Positions 41,100-50,459 of a stretch of 64,000 nucleotides of DNA are shown here, piece by piece. The stretch is taken from contig CAXXNF010000002.1 in assembly GCA_963666365.2 (NCBI GenBank), forward strand, positions 672,001 through 736,000, written 5' to 3'. Within the stretch, counting starts at the first letter, position 1. Each line of letters starts with the position of its first letter. The position numbers were made by a program, and so were the translations under genes. The notes below the pieces were generated by a model. The model worked only from the letters and a program-made list of their open reading frames with translations. It ran no database searches and was not told the DNA's origin. Source of the stretch: Syntrophales bacterium (GTDB lineage Bacteria > Desulfobacterota > Syntrophia > Syntrophales > UBA2210).

Positions 41100-41129
41100 T
41101 TGACAAATACGACTTCACACACATATAAT
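41100..41129 (+). promoter_or_regulatory. sigma70 promoter
   Basis: TTGACA-N18-TATAAT. Confidence 0.65.
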
Positions 41130-41353
41130 CGGAACCGTTTACAAAAGTTTATTATCACTCCTGCACTTATCATTTTCTCCGCTTCTTGGGGACTTTTTCA
41201 TTATCAGGGAATTTCTACGTATGACGATGAGCGAATCGGTCCACATTCATTGCGTGATTTTGGCCTTGGAGATCGGATATGAAAGAAGAAGGCAATAAAT
41301 CGTTGACACTAAGGATGAGGACGCAGAGAATTTGCTTGGCGAACGCTGTGAAC

Positions 41354-41719
41354 ATGGTGAGAAAAATAGCGTTCCTGACGGTCTGTGCGTTTATAGCCGC
41401 AGGCTGTGCAACTCCAAATATAAAGCCTGCTGATCCTCAACTCCTCTTCACATCCGGCCTGCTTAACTTCCTGCAGGATGGCACAACAACACGCGAGGAA
41501 GTTGTCTTGAAACTCGGAGTGCCTTCTGCGCAGATAGAGGGGGACAGAATTCTGATGTATCAACTAAAGACCGATAAGCTCGGGAATTGGGGCCTGATCG
41601 CACCGCAATGGAATGCCGCTGCCGGTATGAGGACCTGGAGCGGAGGAACAGGCAGTCTGGTACTTATTTTCGATGAAAATGGATTTTTACATAAACACAG
41701 TCTCGTAATTGCCCAATGA
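41354..41719 (+). CDS. Lipoprotein, BamE/SmpA-like
   Basis: Lipobox AAGC; GTTTREEVVLKLGVP; LVLIFDENG; start could be 41279. Confidence 0.72.
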   Translation: MVRKIAFLTVCAFIAAGCATPNIKPADPQLLFTSGLLNFLQDGTTTREEVVLKLGVPSAQIEGDRILMYQLKTDKLGNWGLIAPQWNAAAGMRTWSGGTGSLVLIFDENGFLHKHSLVIAQ

Positions 41720-43398
41720 ATTCAAAAGGACCTTTGTGGAAATCTATGGTGTTCGCGTCCTACGAGTATGTTTGCAATAAAAGGAGATTATTAAAATCAT
41801 TAGGATCTTCCCTTCATCGCTGTCTTCCGCTGTTGATCTTCCTCATTTGTGGTGTCTTTTCAGGGTGCCTGATCATCCCCACGCCTGAGCATGCACTACT
41901 GGAAGGTCGGGGAGAAATAGAAGAATCAGACACAGAGCTTCTTAGGAACGCTGAAACCACCCGTGAAGAGGTACTGTTAAGATTCGGCGAACCTGACTTA
42001 ATCCTGGATAACGGCCGCATTCTGGTCTACCACTGGGCGGTGAGTCATGGGTACTGGTTTATTGGCGCGTATTATGCCGCAGCAGGAGGCCCCATTCCCA
42101 AGGAGTACCTCTTCATACTTGAGTTTGACGACGAGGGATTTCTTAAAGGCTTCGAAAAAACGGGAAGTATCTGGAAATCAACCCAGGCCCGGATTGAAAA
42201 GTGGGCCCGGCCAGGCGCCGATAAACCGCCTGTGCAGGGACGAGACATTTTCATTATCGATCCAGTTCCCCAAGCCTATATCACGGTGGACAGAGCCAGC
42301 CATCCTCTCATCCCGGTTCGTTTTCGAATGGGTGAATTCCGTCATATTGGGACTGACTCCCCTTCGGATACCCTTATTGGCCACAAAAAAGCGGCCTTCG
42401 GGATAATCACAGCCGATGTACACGCTTGCCGTTCCGTCACTGATATCGTGCGAACAGCAATTACGGCCCAATTGGAAGCCGCAGGACACAAGCGCGATGA
42501 TCGAGACGCCGATATTATCGTAGAGGGGGATCTCACTGAGTTCGCGGCAGCCACGTCAATCAGCCTTTGGTCATGGGACGCTATCGGTTCAATTGATATA
42601 ACGGTAAGGATTTTTGCATCCTCGACTTCTCATGGTATTTTTATACGTCATTACAAAACAAAACAGGTTACAAAGACATTTCTCGGTCCCTCAAGGGAAG
42701 ACTTCGAGCGTGTTATCCGTCGATGTCTGGAAGACATACAAAAACAGATTGCCCTGGATGTTGAGTTGGCTGAAATACTCTACGGCAAAAGACGGAATTC
42801 TTTATTCGATAGGCCTCCATCTCCACCATTTATTAAATATCATGTTGCCGCCCTGTGTCACACCGGTGTATGCCTCTTCAAGTGCAATAAGAGATCCGTC
42901 AACCGCACGAAAAAAAGTAAACTTGGCGCTGACATCAATCGACTGGCCAGAAGGGTTCTCCTCAGGCGGCGGTGGAAAACTGCCGACGATTTCCAGTCCA
43001 CCTTTTTTGCATTCGTATGTGTGACTCCTGTACATCCATTTGCCTTGCACTTCCTTTTTGATCTTATGTCTCAGAAGTATCATGTCATGCAATCCAGCGC
43101 GAATCTCGATGACATTGTTGATAAGTTGCGTTACTTCGACCCAGCCGGACTCACACGCTGGTCTTGTAGTAGCGGTCTCGGTCTCGAGAGTTTTTATGTA
43201 CAGAGTCAGTGCGTTCCACACCGCGTGGTCGCTGTCTTTGAAAGCGCCTGCAAGGTGCCAGGGAAGAATTCGCCGGCCCAGTGGTGGCAGTGGTATCGCC
43301 GCTCCATAGGGTATGAAGAAAAACATCTCTCTGGGATGGCGGCCGGGCGGATACACCAGCGGTGCAGCCTCATCGCTCAGTGCCCGATACTTTCCTGA
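41716..43398 (+). CDS. Lipoprotein with a BamE-like domain plus a second alpha/beta domain; ORF runs on 597 bp antisense into the next gene
   Basis: Lipobox FSGC; TTREEVLLRFGEPD, LEFDDEG; protein-like sequence up to about 42790; tail probably incidental. Confidence 0.65.
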   Translation: MNSKGPLWKSMVFASYEYVCNKRRLLKSLGSSLHRCLPLLIFLICGVFSGCLIIPTPEHALLEGRGEIEESDTELLRNAETTREEVLLRFGEPDLILDNGRILVYHWAVSHGYWFIGAYYAAAGGPIPKEYLFILEFDDEGFLKGFEKTGSIWKSTQARIEKWARPGADKPPVQGRDIFIIDPVPQAYITVDRASHPLIPVRFRMGEFRHIGTDSPSDTLIGHKKAAFGIITADVHACRSVTDIVRTAITAQLEAAGHKRDDRDADIIVEGDLTEFAAATSISLWSWDAIGSIDITVRIFASSTSHGIFIRHYKTKQVTKTFLGPSREDFERVIRRCLEDIQKQIALDVELAEILYGKRRNSLFDRPPSPPFIKYHVAALCHTGVCLFKCNKRSVNRTKKSKLGADINRLARRVLLRRRWKTADDFQSTFFAFVCVTPVHPFALHFLFDLMSQKYHVMQSSANLDDIVDKLRYFDPAGLTRWSCSSGLGLESFYVQSQCVPHRVVAVFESACKVPGKNSPAQWWQWYRRSIGYEEKHLSGMAAGRIHQRCSLIAQCPILS

Positions 43399-43533
43399 AA
43401 GATCGGGACACACACAGGCGGCATTCAGTGTCGGCCAATGAGCGGGGTAAATCGGGCGGCCGGAGACCCACGTACCAGCACAGCCAGATAGGCTTGCAAT
43501 GAGCGTGAGCCCAAGAAAAACAGAATAGCGCAT
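42802..43533 (-). CDS. Hypothetical lipoprotein
   Basis: MRYSVFLGLTLIASLSGC signal and lipobox; YPAHWP...CPDLSGKY. Confidence 0.75.
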   Translation of the reverse strand: MRYSVFLGLTLIASLSGCAGTWVSGRPIYPAHWPTLNAACVCPDLSGKYRALSDEAAPLVYPPGRHPREMFFFIPYGAAIPLPPLGRRILPWHLAGAFKDSDHAVWNALTLYIKTLETETATTRPACESGWVEVTQLINNVIEIRAGLHDMILLRHKIKKEVQGKWMYRSHTYECKKGGLEIVGSFPPPPEENPSGQSIDVSAKFTFFRAVDGSLIALEEAYTGVTQGGNMIFNKWWRWRPIE

Positions 43534-43633
43534 GCACCTGCAGCCTTCACCATGCCCCCTCCCTGAATAGAAATAACGCAAAAATTGACAATCTCGCAAA
43601 AAGTCCATATGCTGCGCTCCGCTTCACGAGTAT

Positions 43634-44839
43634 TCACTCAAGGAGCAATCCCATCGTGTTGAATACTTTCAGGGCGGTATTTGCCATGAATGTATGCTGG
43701 GCTGCGTAGGAAGCACTCCAATTGCTTACGTCCCATATATTCATCAAAATCACATAGGCGATATCGATTTCCGGATTGTAGAACATAAGAGTTGTATAGC
43801 CTTCGTGGTCCCCGCCGTGCCCGTAGCCGAAGTTCGGAGTATATTTAATTCCCAGACCATAGGTACTGGATCCCCCCGAAGGAAGGCCAGATTTCATCAG
43901 TTCTATGGAATTCATGCTCAATGTCGTCCGGCCGGTCAGCAGAGCTTTCGCCCAGGTGGCAAGATCAAGAAGGGTCGTCACCATATTGCCGTTGCCTACA
44001 AAGGCGGACATATTGTCAACAGTGACATCGATACGCGTACTCCCATCCCACATATAGCCGTTTACAAAAGGAGCAGGCAAGGTCCGTTCTGTTCCTTGCC
44101 AGGGAAGACTGGTGTCCGAAAGGCCGTTTGGTATCAGGAATTCGTCGCGCACAAAGGACTCGTATGTTGCTCCGGAAACCCTCTCAATAATATACGCCAG
44201 CACGGTATAGCCCGTGTCCGAATATGAATATTTTGAACCGGGCGGTTCAAATCCAACCTGTTCATTTTTTTCAATGACGCTGAAAAGCTCGTCGAAGGTA
44301 AATTGATGCTCTTCGTCAGGCGGCTTCATGGTTTCTTCTATATAATTTTTGCCGACATAGGGCTCGTTATGAGACGCCGCATTATCCACAATATCGGTAT
44401 TCGTGAGATCAAAAATACCCGCCCGATGCATGAGAATCATCCTGATGGTAATTTCATCCCTGTGAGGGATGTTATGCGGAAGATAGGGGATGGCCGTACC
44501 GGGAATGTTGTCTGAGAGTGTGTGGTTTATATTGAGCTGCCCCCGTTCATGAAGCAGCATAATGGATGCAGCCGTGAAAGTCTTTGTAACGCTGGCGCAA
44601 CGGAATCGATGAAAATAATCCATATCGTTTCCCATGCCGGATGACATGAAATAATCACCCCATGGCGAGATGATGTACATGGCAATTCCACCTTTAAAGT
44701 TAATTTTATCGGATGTATAGGCCTGCCATTCCTGGTCCAGGACATGCTGGAGATTCGCCTGGGTACAACAGGGAGATAAAGAAGATTCCGACGTGCATGC
44801 GCTCATCAGAAACAACAGCAGCAACACAATCTTTCTCAT
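43634..44839 (-). CDS. Serine hydrolase, beta-lactamase/D-Ala-D-Ala carboxypeptidase family, lipoprotein
   Basis: Lipobox MSAC; SVTK (SxxK), YSDTGY, GHGG. Confidence 0.9.
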   Translation of the reverse strand: MRKIVLLLLFLMSACTSESSLSPCCTQANLQHVLDQEWQAYTSDKINFKGGIAMYIISPWGDYFMSSGMGNDMDYFHRFRCASVTKTFTAASIMLLHERGQLNINHTLSDNIPGTAIPYLPHNIPHRDEITIRMILMHRAGIFDLTNTDIVDNAASHNEPYVGKNYIEETMKPPDEEHQFTFDELFSVIEKNEQVGFEPPGSKYSYSDTGYTVLAYIIERVSGATYESFVRDEFLIPNGLSDTSLPWQGTERTLPAPFVNGYMWDGSTRIDVTVDNMSAFVGNGNMVTTLLDLATWAKALLTGRTTLSMNSIELMKSGLPSGGSSTYGLGIKYTPNFGYGHGGDHEGYTTLMFYNPEIDIAYVILMNIWDVSNWSASYAAQHTFMANTALKVFNTMGLLLE

Positions 44840-44945
44840 AGTTTCCTTCCCAGTCCTTCATCAAGTTATAGAAGTTTTTGTAGCCATATTCGATCATTCG
44901 GTCAATATAAAGTATTACTCATCCTTCGAATTCCGTAGAAAAGAA

Positions 44946-44974
44946 TTGACAAACTTTTACCGCTTCACTATTTT
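44946..44974 (+). promoter_or_regulatory. sigma70 promoter of dodecin
   Basis: TTGACA-N17-TATTTT. Confidence 0.55.
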
Positions 44975-45035
44975 TAACACTACATGCTTTGAGTTCTCAC
45001 CATTTTTTCGAATCTATAAACAAAGGAGGGACACC

Positions 45036-45245
45036 ATGCCTGAAAGTGCGTACAAGATTATAGAGTTGGTAGGTACGAGTGCCTCGTCATGGGAGGATGC
45101 AGCAAGAAATGCCGTGGAGAAAGCCGGCAGCACCCTTCACGATCTGAGGATTGCCGAAGTGGGCAAACTGGATATGACTATCGAAGATGGAATGGTAAAA
45201 TACTACAGAGCGCGGGTTAAGGTTTCGTTTCGACTTGAAGATTAG
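45036..45245 (+). CDS. Dodecin family protein
   Basis: YKIIELVGTSASSWEDAA...YRARVKVSF; AAGGAGG RBS. Confidence 0.93.
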   Translation: MPESAYKIIELVGTSASSWEDAARNAVEKAGSTLHDLRIAEVGKLDMTIEDGMVKYYRARVKVSFRLED

Positions 45246-45478
45246 CCCTTTTGAAAGGGGCTTGGGGTGAAAGTCACGGAACGTTCCATTGGGTTAGCGG
45301 TTGCCTGATTATCCCGTTTCATTGGAGGCAGGCTCGCGCTTTTCGCAGATTTCGTGAAGCCCAGAAGTCACCCTGCATTTTCGGAGAGAGGGGTTGCGTG
45401 TGGCGTCGGTGGTGCGATAGGACTCTCGCAAATGAAAGAGAGCATAGCCACAAAGATCCTCCGTCACTTTTTGTGCGG

Positions 45479-45946
45479 CTATTCCTTCGGAAGCGGAATA
45501 ATGTAGACGGGTTTCTCTGATCGTCTCAGGACCCGTTTCGCAACATTCCCCAGATAGGCGTGGGTCCACATGCCCGCCCCGTGATTCCCCATGATGATCA
45601 CATCACAGTCCTCCTCTTTCGCGACTCTAAGGATCACTTCGACAGGGTTCCCTTCTTCAACCTTGACCTTCTTGATCATCTTCATACACTCCGGCCTGTC
45701 CCTGAGTTCATTTTCACAAAACTCGTCAAGGCGCCGACTCAACTCCCCGAGTGTTTCCCTTTTCATCGGCGCCACATCTCTTTTGACACCATAGATGCGA
45801 AGGCGTGGAGGCATCTCATCAATCACATGCAGAACGATCATTTCGGCATCATGTTTTTCCACGGTGTTCACGGCATATCGAAAAGCAAACATTGCGTTTT
45901 TTGAGAGATCTGTCGCGTAAAGAACCCTTTTGATCCGAGGTATCAT
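45479..45946 (-). CDS. Universal stress protein
   Basis: IKRVLYATDLS, DVIIMGNHG, LGNVAKRVLR. Confidence 0.92.
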   Translation of the reverse strand: MIPRIKRVLYATDLSKNAMFAFRYAVNTVEKHDAEMIVLHVIDEMPPRLRIYGVKRDVAPMKRETLGELSRRLDEFCENELRDRPECMKMIKKVKVEEGNPVEVILRVAKEEDCDVIIMGNHGAGMWTHAYLGNVAKRVLRRSEKPVYIIPLPKE

Positions 45947-46066
45947 GATGTTTCCCCCTTTTTGAGATATTTCGTGTGATATCGATGTGTATTATGGCCC
46001 GATTCAGTCCCGTAACGCAATAATAATCGTCACTCGTCAAAGGGGCGGCATCATTTTTAATTGTCA

Positions 46067-46834
46067 CTATTCGTGTGTTTCTTTCACCGGGATAACCAGA
46101 GAGTGCCCGTTATGACGGTATATTTCCACGGCAACGTCATATACCGCTCCGACCGTTTCAGCTGAAAGCTCCTCGGGGCGGCCCACATCAAAAATCCGTC
46201 CTTCTTTTAAAAATATATATTTATCAGCGAAGCGCAAGGCCATGTTCAAATTATGCATTGTCATCACCGCGGCAAGACCGTGATCCCGGACAGCATGGCG
46301 CAGTAATCGAAGAATTTCCAGCTGATTTTTCAGATCAAGATTGCTCGTCGGTTCGTCCAGAAGCAACAGCTTTGGTTCCTGCACCATGGCACGGCCGATT
46401 GCCACCTTTTGAAGTTCACCACCACTCATCTGATCGATATATCGCATGGCCAGCTCCTGAAGACCGAGGCTCTTGATAGCACCATCCACTATTCGAAGAT
46501 CCTCATCGGAAATTCTCCACTGGACATGAGGCTTTCGCCCCATGAGAATAGCATCAAAGGCGGTGAGTCTCCCCGCCGACTGCTGTTGCGGCACGTATCC
46601 CACACGTCGGGCTATCTGTTGCGGCGTCAGTCCCACCACATCATGGCCATCCACCCATACCGTACCCTTATGAGGCTTGAGAATGCTATTAATACACCGC
46701 AGCAGCGTCGTCTTTCCCACACCATTCGGACCGAGAATAACCATCAGCTCTCCTGGATTCGCTGAAAATCGGATATCATTAAGCACTGTACGGCTTCCAT
46801 ACCCGAAGCCTACGTTGTTTACCTGCAGAATCAT
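46067..46834 (-). CDS. Metal-chelate ABC transporter ATPase (FepC/BtuD-like)
   Basis: GPNGVGKT, MSGGELQK, LLLDEPT; ATGA overlap with the permease. Confidence 0.93.
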   Translation of the reverse strand: MILQVNNVGFGYGSRTVLNDIRFSANPGELMVILGPNGVGKTTLLRCINSILKPHKGTVWVDGHDVVGLTPQQIARRVGYVPQQQSAGRLTAFDAILMGRKPHVQWRISDEDLRIVDGAIKSLGLQELAMRYIDQMSGGELQKVAIGRAMVQEPKLLLLDEPTSNLDLKNQLEILRLLRHAVRDHGLAAVMTMHNLNMALRFADKYIFLKEGRIFDVGRPEELSAETVGAVYDVAVEIYRHNGHSLVIPVKETHE

Positions 46835-47910
46835 CTTCGGTATCCTCGTATAAGCAGATACAAAAAAGCCGGCGCACCCATGAAGGCCGTAAGTATCGAC
46901 ACGGGAAGCAGATGGGGAGCCAGAATCAGTCGCGCAACGGTATCGGAAATCAACAGCAGGCATCCGCCGACAATGACGGTAGCCGGCAGCAGGAAGCGGT
47001 GGTCTCCCCCGATAAGCCGTCGCACCATGTGGGGACAGACAAGGCCGATAAACCCGATAATTCCCAAAAAGGACACAATTGTCGCCGTAATCAGTGAAGC
47101 GACCAGCATTCCCAAAAGACGGACCCGTTCTACCCTCACCCCAAGCCCCTGGGCAGCTTCGTCTCCCGCATCGACCGCATTATAGTTCCAGCTGTTGATA
47201 AAAAAGTACACCACCGACAGGACCGTCACACCGCTGAACAACGCCAGCTCCGACCAGTTGGCCCGACCGACGTCGCCGAACGTCCAGAAAACCATGGCGG
47301 CAAGCTGCACATCATCGGCAAAGAACTGCAAAAACATCGTGCCGGCGGTAAATAAGGCGCCCAGTGCTACACCCGTCAAAATCATGGTTTCCGGAGAGGC
47401 GCCTCGCATTCTGGAAATTGCAATGATCACCGCCGCCGCCGCCAGGCAACACACAAAAGCCGTTGCCGTCGTAAGAATGGGCTGTGATATGGTAACCGCT
47501 CCCACCTGGGTACTGGCCATAACCCCTGTATTGAAGACCATCACTGCCAGTGCGGCCCCGAAGGCGGCAGCCTGGGAAATTCCCAGCGTGAAGGGGGAGC
47601 CGAGAGGATTGCGTAAAATAGACTGCATGACCGCTCCGGATATCGCCAGCCCGGCACCGGCGGCCACCGCAGACAGCGCCTGGGGAAGTCGAATGTTCCA
47701 GATAATAATATCATACCGCCTGTCCCCACCGATGCCGAGCAGGGATCGGACCACGTCTTTCAAGGGAATATTGGCGGCGCCCAGAGCGATACTCACCAGA
47801 ACAGCGGCACCGAGAATAAAAAGACATATCACGATAAAGGCGTATTTACGTCCGATATACCGGGTATAGTGAAGGGGGATTTCTCCTTGGGCGAAATGCA
47901 CGTTGTTCAC
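46831..47910 (-). CDS. FecCD/BtuC family ABC permease
   Basis: IRLP, MQSILRNPLGSPFTLGIS, IGFIGLVCPH. Confidence 0.93.
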   Translation of the reverse strand: MNNVHFAQGEIPLHYTRYIGRKYAFIVICLFILGAAVLVSIALGAANIPLKDVVRSLLGIGGDRRYDIIIWNIRLPQALSAVAAGAGLAISGAVMQSILRNPLGSPFTLGISQAAAFGAALAVMVFNTGVMASTQVGAVTISQPILTTATAFVCCLAAAAVIIAISRMRGASPETMILTGVALGALFTAGTMFLQFFADDVQLAAMVFWTFGDVGRANWSELALFSGVTVLSVVYFFINSWNYNAVDAGDEAAQGLGVRVERVRLLGMLVASLITATIVSFLGIIGFIGLVCPHMVRRLIGGDHRFLLPATVIVGGCLLLISDTVARLILAPHLLPVSILTAFMGAPAFLYLLIRGYRR

Positions 47911-47911
47911 C

Positions 47912-49027
47912 TTACCTGATCGGAATCCGGCGGAAGGCCAGATTGGCGAAAGAACGATTCATATCGGTAAATATCGGCTTACCCACAAGGAATGTATAGA
48001 TCTCGTCGGCGGTCCTGTCGGGATCGATATCGGTAAAGGATTCCGGATAGAGCTTTTTTCCGATAAAATAGGCATTGGCCAGAATGGATCCGAAATTCCG
48101 AGTGTACCAGTTGTAGGGAAGCAGTCCGTAAACCTCACCGCTGCGAACTGCGCTCAGCGTCCGGTAGGCCGGATCGGTGTTCAGTTCAAAGAGCCCGCCC
48201 GCAGCGTTTCCCATCTGCAGCGTCGAAAGATCAAGAAAAAGAATTTTCGGATCCCATTGTATAATTTTTTCCTTGGCCACGTTGCTCTGCCGGATCGTCT
48301 TGCCGGCAGGCAGATCTCCGGCGGCTAGGTTTTTCGCGCCCACAAAGACAAAGGGCGGATAGCCGGGCTCGGTTGATTGGAACCCGTGAGGTCCCTTGAA
48401 GGCGATTCCCCCCACAAAGCAGCTCGGCCGTTTTTCAAAAGGGATAGGATCGGTCCTACGCTGAAGATCGGCGATCCTCTCCTCGAAAAACGAAATGACT
48501 TCCTCGGCCCGATGCCGTCTATTGACAATATCACCGATGAGACGCAATGAATTATACAGCACCGTCCTGTTGCGGGCCAGTTCGCCGTAGTGAATAACAA
48601 CTACCGGTATCCCAGTCTTGTCCTGCAGTTCCACCGGGTCATGCCCCATACCCGGATACGTTTTCAGAATGATCTGGGGCAGCGGGTTGAGGGCAAGAAT
48701 CAACTCCGGGTTATCATACCCTCTGAATTCACCGAAGATCGGATAATTTTTGAACTGCGGATTCGCCAGGGCATAGGGTCGGGCATCGAAGAGCGGCCTC
48801 TGTTTCTCCATGTCATCAACTGCAACGATCATCTCCTCTGCCTGAAGGTAGGTTAAAAGCCTCAGGGAACCGGGACCCGAACAGATCACGCGCGTGACTG
48901 CCTCGGGTATCGATACACTTCTCCCGGCGCCGTCGGTAATAGTGCGGTCGACGGCAGCCACACTTGTTGCGAACGCCAGAATCAAAAATCCGCTCATTAA
49001 ATACCGCATCGAAAACAAAATCTTCAT
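47912..49027 (-). CDS. Metal-chelate ABC substrate-binding protein
   Basis: Signal peptide, TDGAGRSVSIP..V.RVI, NPELILALNP, LSAVRSGEVY; GGAGAGGGG RBS. Confidence 0.9.
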   Translation of the reverse strand: MKILFSMRYLMSGFLILAFATSVAAVDRTITDGAGRSVSIPEAVTRVICSGPGSLRLLTYLQAEEMIVAVDDMEKQRPLFDARPYALANPQFKNYPIFGEFRGYDNPELILALNPLPQIILKTYPGMGHDPVELQDKTGIPVVVIHYGELARNRTVLYNSLRLIGDIVNRRHRAEEVISFFEERIADLQRRTDPIPFEKRPSCFVGGIAFKGPHGFQSTEPGYPPFVFVGAKNLAAGDLPAGKTIRQSNVAKEKIIQWDPKILFLDLSTLQMGNAAGGLFELNTDPAYRTLSAVRSGEVYGLLPYNWYTRNFGSILANAYFIGKKLYPESFTDIDPDRTADEIYTFLVGKPIFTDMNRSFANLAFRRIPIR

Positions 49028-49094
49028 TTCCCCTCTCCAATTCTTATATGTGCCCATATCTTTAAAAACCCGAAGGCAATGCCGAGACAACCTA

Positions 49095-49119
49095 TAGCAC
49101 AGTTTCTACAATCGTGCTA
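49095..49119. promoter_or_regulatory. Palindromic operator TAGCAC-N13-GTGCTA (NikR-like)
   Basis: Perfect 6-bp arms 68-92 bp upstream of the SBP start. Confidence 0.6.
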
Positions 49120-49356
49120 CCTGTCAGCAAAAAATAATAGTACATTCAGTTGATGCGGACGTGAACACCTCTCAGCCCGGCACCACCTCATGCCCCTGAA
49201 TCGGAAACCACATGGCTGTGCATCACCTGCTTAAAAGGCTTGACATACCACCATCATGGGGGGTAGCTGAAAAGTATGCGTCAAGAGAAGTTAACAGCGT
49301 GTGCGCAAATCGCTTCGAGCACACACCATCCATATCAGTTTCAAGGAGACAACGGC

Positions 49357-49848
49357 ATGGGTATCGCTGAAGAGATTGAAAAACTTAATAGCCTCAGGAA
49401 AAATGGGGTGATTGCCGAGCATGAGTATGAAGAAGCAAAGGCATCCCTTCTGGCCAAAAATCGGTCGGCGGGACAGAGATTCAAGCAGTCGCTAGATGGC
49501 TTTGCGGACACGAACATGTGGGGAATGTTTATACATTTATCTCAATTCTGCGGATATCTTATTCCTTTTGCGGGACTGATCGTCCCGGTTCTGTTGTGGC
49601 AAATCAAGAAAAACGATGACGACATTATCGATCAGCATGGTCGTATTGTCGTCAACTGGATTATCACCGCGTTTATATTGGGTCTGATTTTCGCACTGCT
49701 ATGCTTTGTTTTGATCGGATTTCCCCTCCTCTTCGCCCTTGCCGCAGTTGCCGTTATTTTCCCCATAATTGGAGGGATAAAGGCAAACAACGGCGAAGTC
49801 TGGAGATATCCCTGCTCCATAAACTTTCTAAAAATAGAGCGACACTGA
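49357..49848 (+). CDS. SHOCT + DUF4870-like membrane protein
   Basis: EEIEKLNSLRKNGVIAEHEYEEAK; WGMFIHLSQ...HGRIVVNW...GGIKANNG..WRYP. Confidence 0.85.
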   Translation: MGIAEEIEKLNSLRKNGVIAEHEYEEAKASLLAKNRSAGQRFKQSLDGFADTNMWGMFIHLSQFCGYLIPFAGLIVPVLLWQIKKNDDDIIDQHGRIVVNWIITAFILGLIFALLCFVLIGFPLLFALAAVAVIFPIIGGIKANNGEVWRYPCSINFLKIERH

Positions 49849-49890
49849 GGGCGAACCGCTCTCACGCGCAAAGAGGCATGAGACAGTCCT

Positions 49891-49916
49891 TCAAGAGTGG
49901 GGAATAAAACTCTTGA
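49891..49916. terminator. Hairpin between convergent genes
   Basis: TCAAGAGT-N10-ACTCTTGA; no clear U tract. Confidence 0.35.
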
Positions 49917-49991
49917 GTCATTTACGTGAGTACAGAACCGTGCCCAATCCCTGAAATCATCGATTTTATAAATCAGGATTCCCCTGTGTGC

Positions 49992-50372
49992 TCAGGATTT
50001 GCTTTTCCATAATCCATGCACGTTACAGTAGGCACGCACCTTTATCGGCGTATCGGCAACAGGAAACTCCGCTTCCGGTTTCTGTCCCGGTTTCAACCCT
50101 TTGACAAAAAGATAGTCTCCTGCAATTACCTCGATCCACTGGATATAGTGGTTCTCTTCCATTGGATGAGCCTTTGATCCAACACTTACGCGGATCCCTT
50201 TGCCTGTTTTTTCGATAACCGGCACATGCTTTTCCTTTGCGGCATCTTCTGATTTTTCAGTTTGCAGCACCATCTGCTGCCCACAGCAAGCAAGCTCGCC
50301 GCCCGACGGGCTTACAACCATCGTGATATTTCCACATTTCTCACACCTATACACCTCAAGCATCTTCGTCAT
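49992..50372 (-). CDS. dfx: Desulfoferrodoxin (2Fe superoxide reductase)
   Basis: CEKCGN...CC desulforedoxin domain; EKHVP, HPMEENHYIQW, YCNVHGLW. Confidence 0.95.
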   Translation of the reverse strand: MTKMLEVYRCEKCGNITMVVSPSGGELACCGQQMVLQTEKSEDAAKEKHVPVIEKTGKGIRVSVGSKAHPMEENHYIQWIEVIAGDYLFVKGLKPGQKPEAEFPVADTPIKVRAYCNVHGLWKSKS

Positions 50373-50459
50373 GTAACATCCCCTCCTTTTTTTTATATGC
50401 TACTATGGCGCCTGTCAATCAACAGCTTTATTACAGACATGTTTAGGAAACGATGATCC

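Noticed and set aside
49170..49190. attR-like copy of the tRNA-Lys 3' end (cccggcaccacc)
   Set aside because: Short and gapped match, and no integrase in the window.
49140..49240. Cobalamin riboswitch upstream of the ABC importer
   Set aside because: Some pairing potential (TGATGC/GCATCA) but no AGGGAA, GCCACTG or other B12-box core on either strand.
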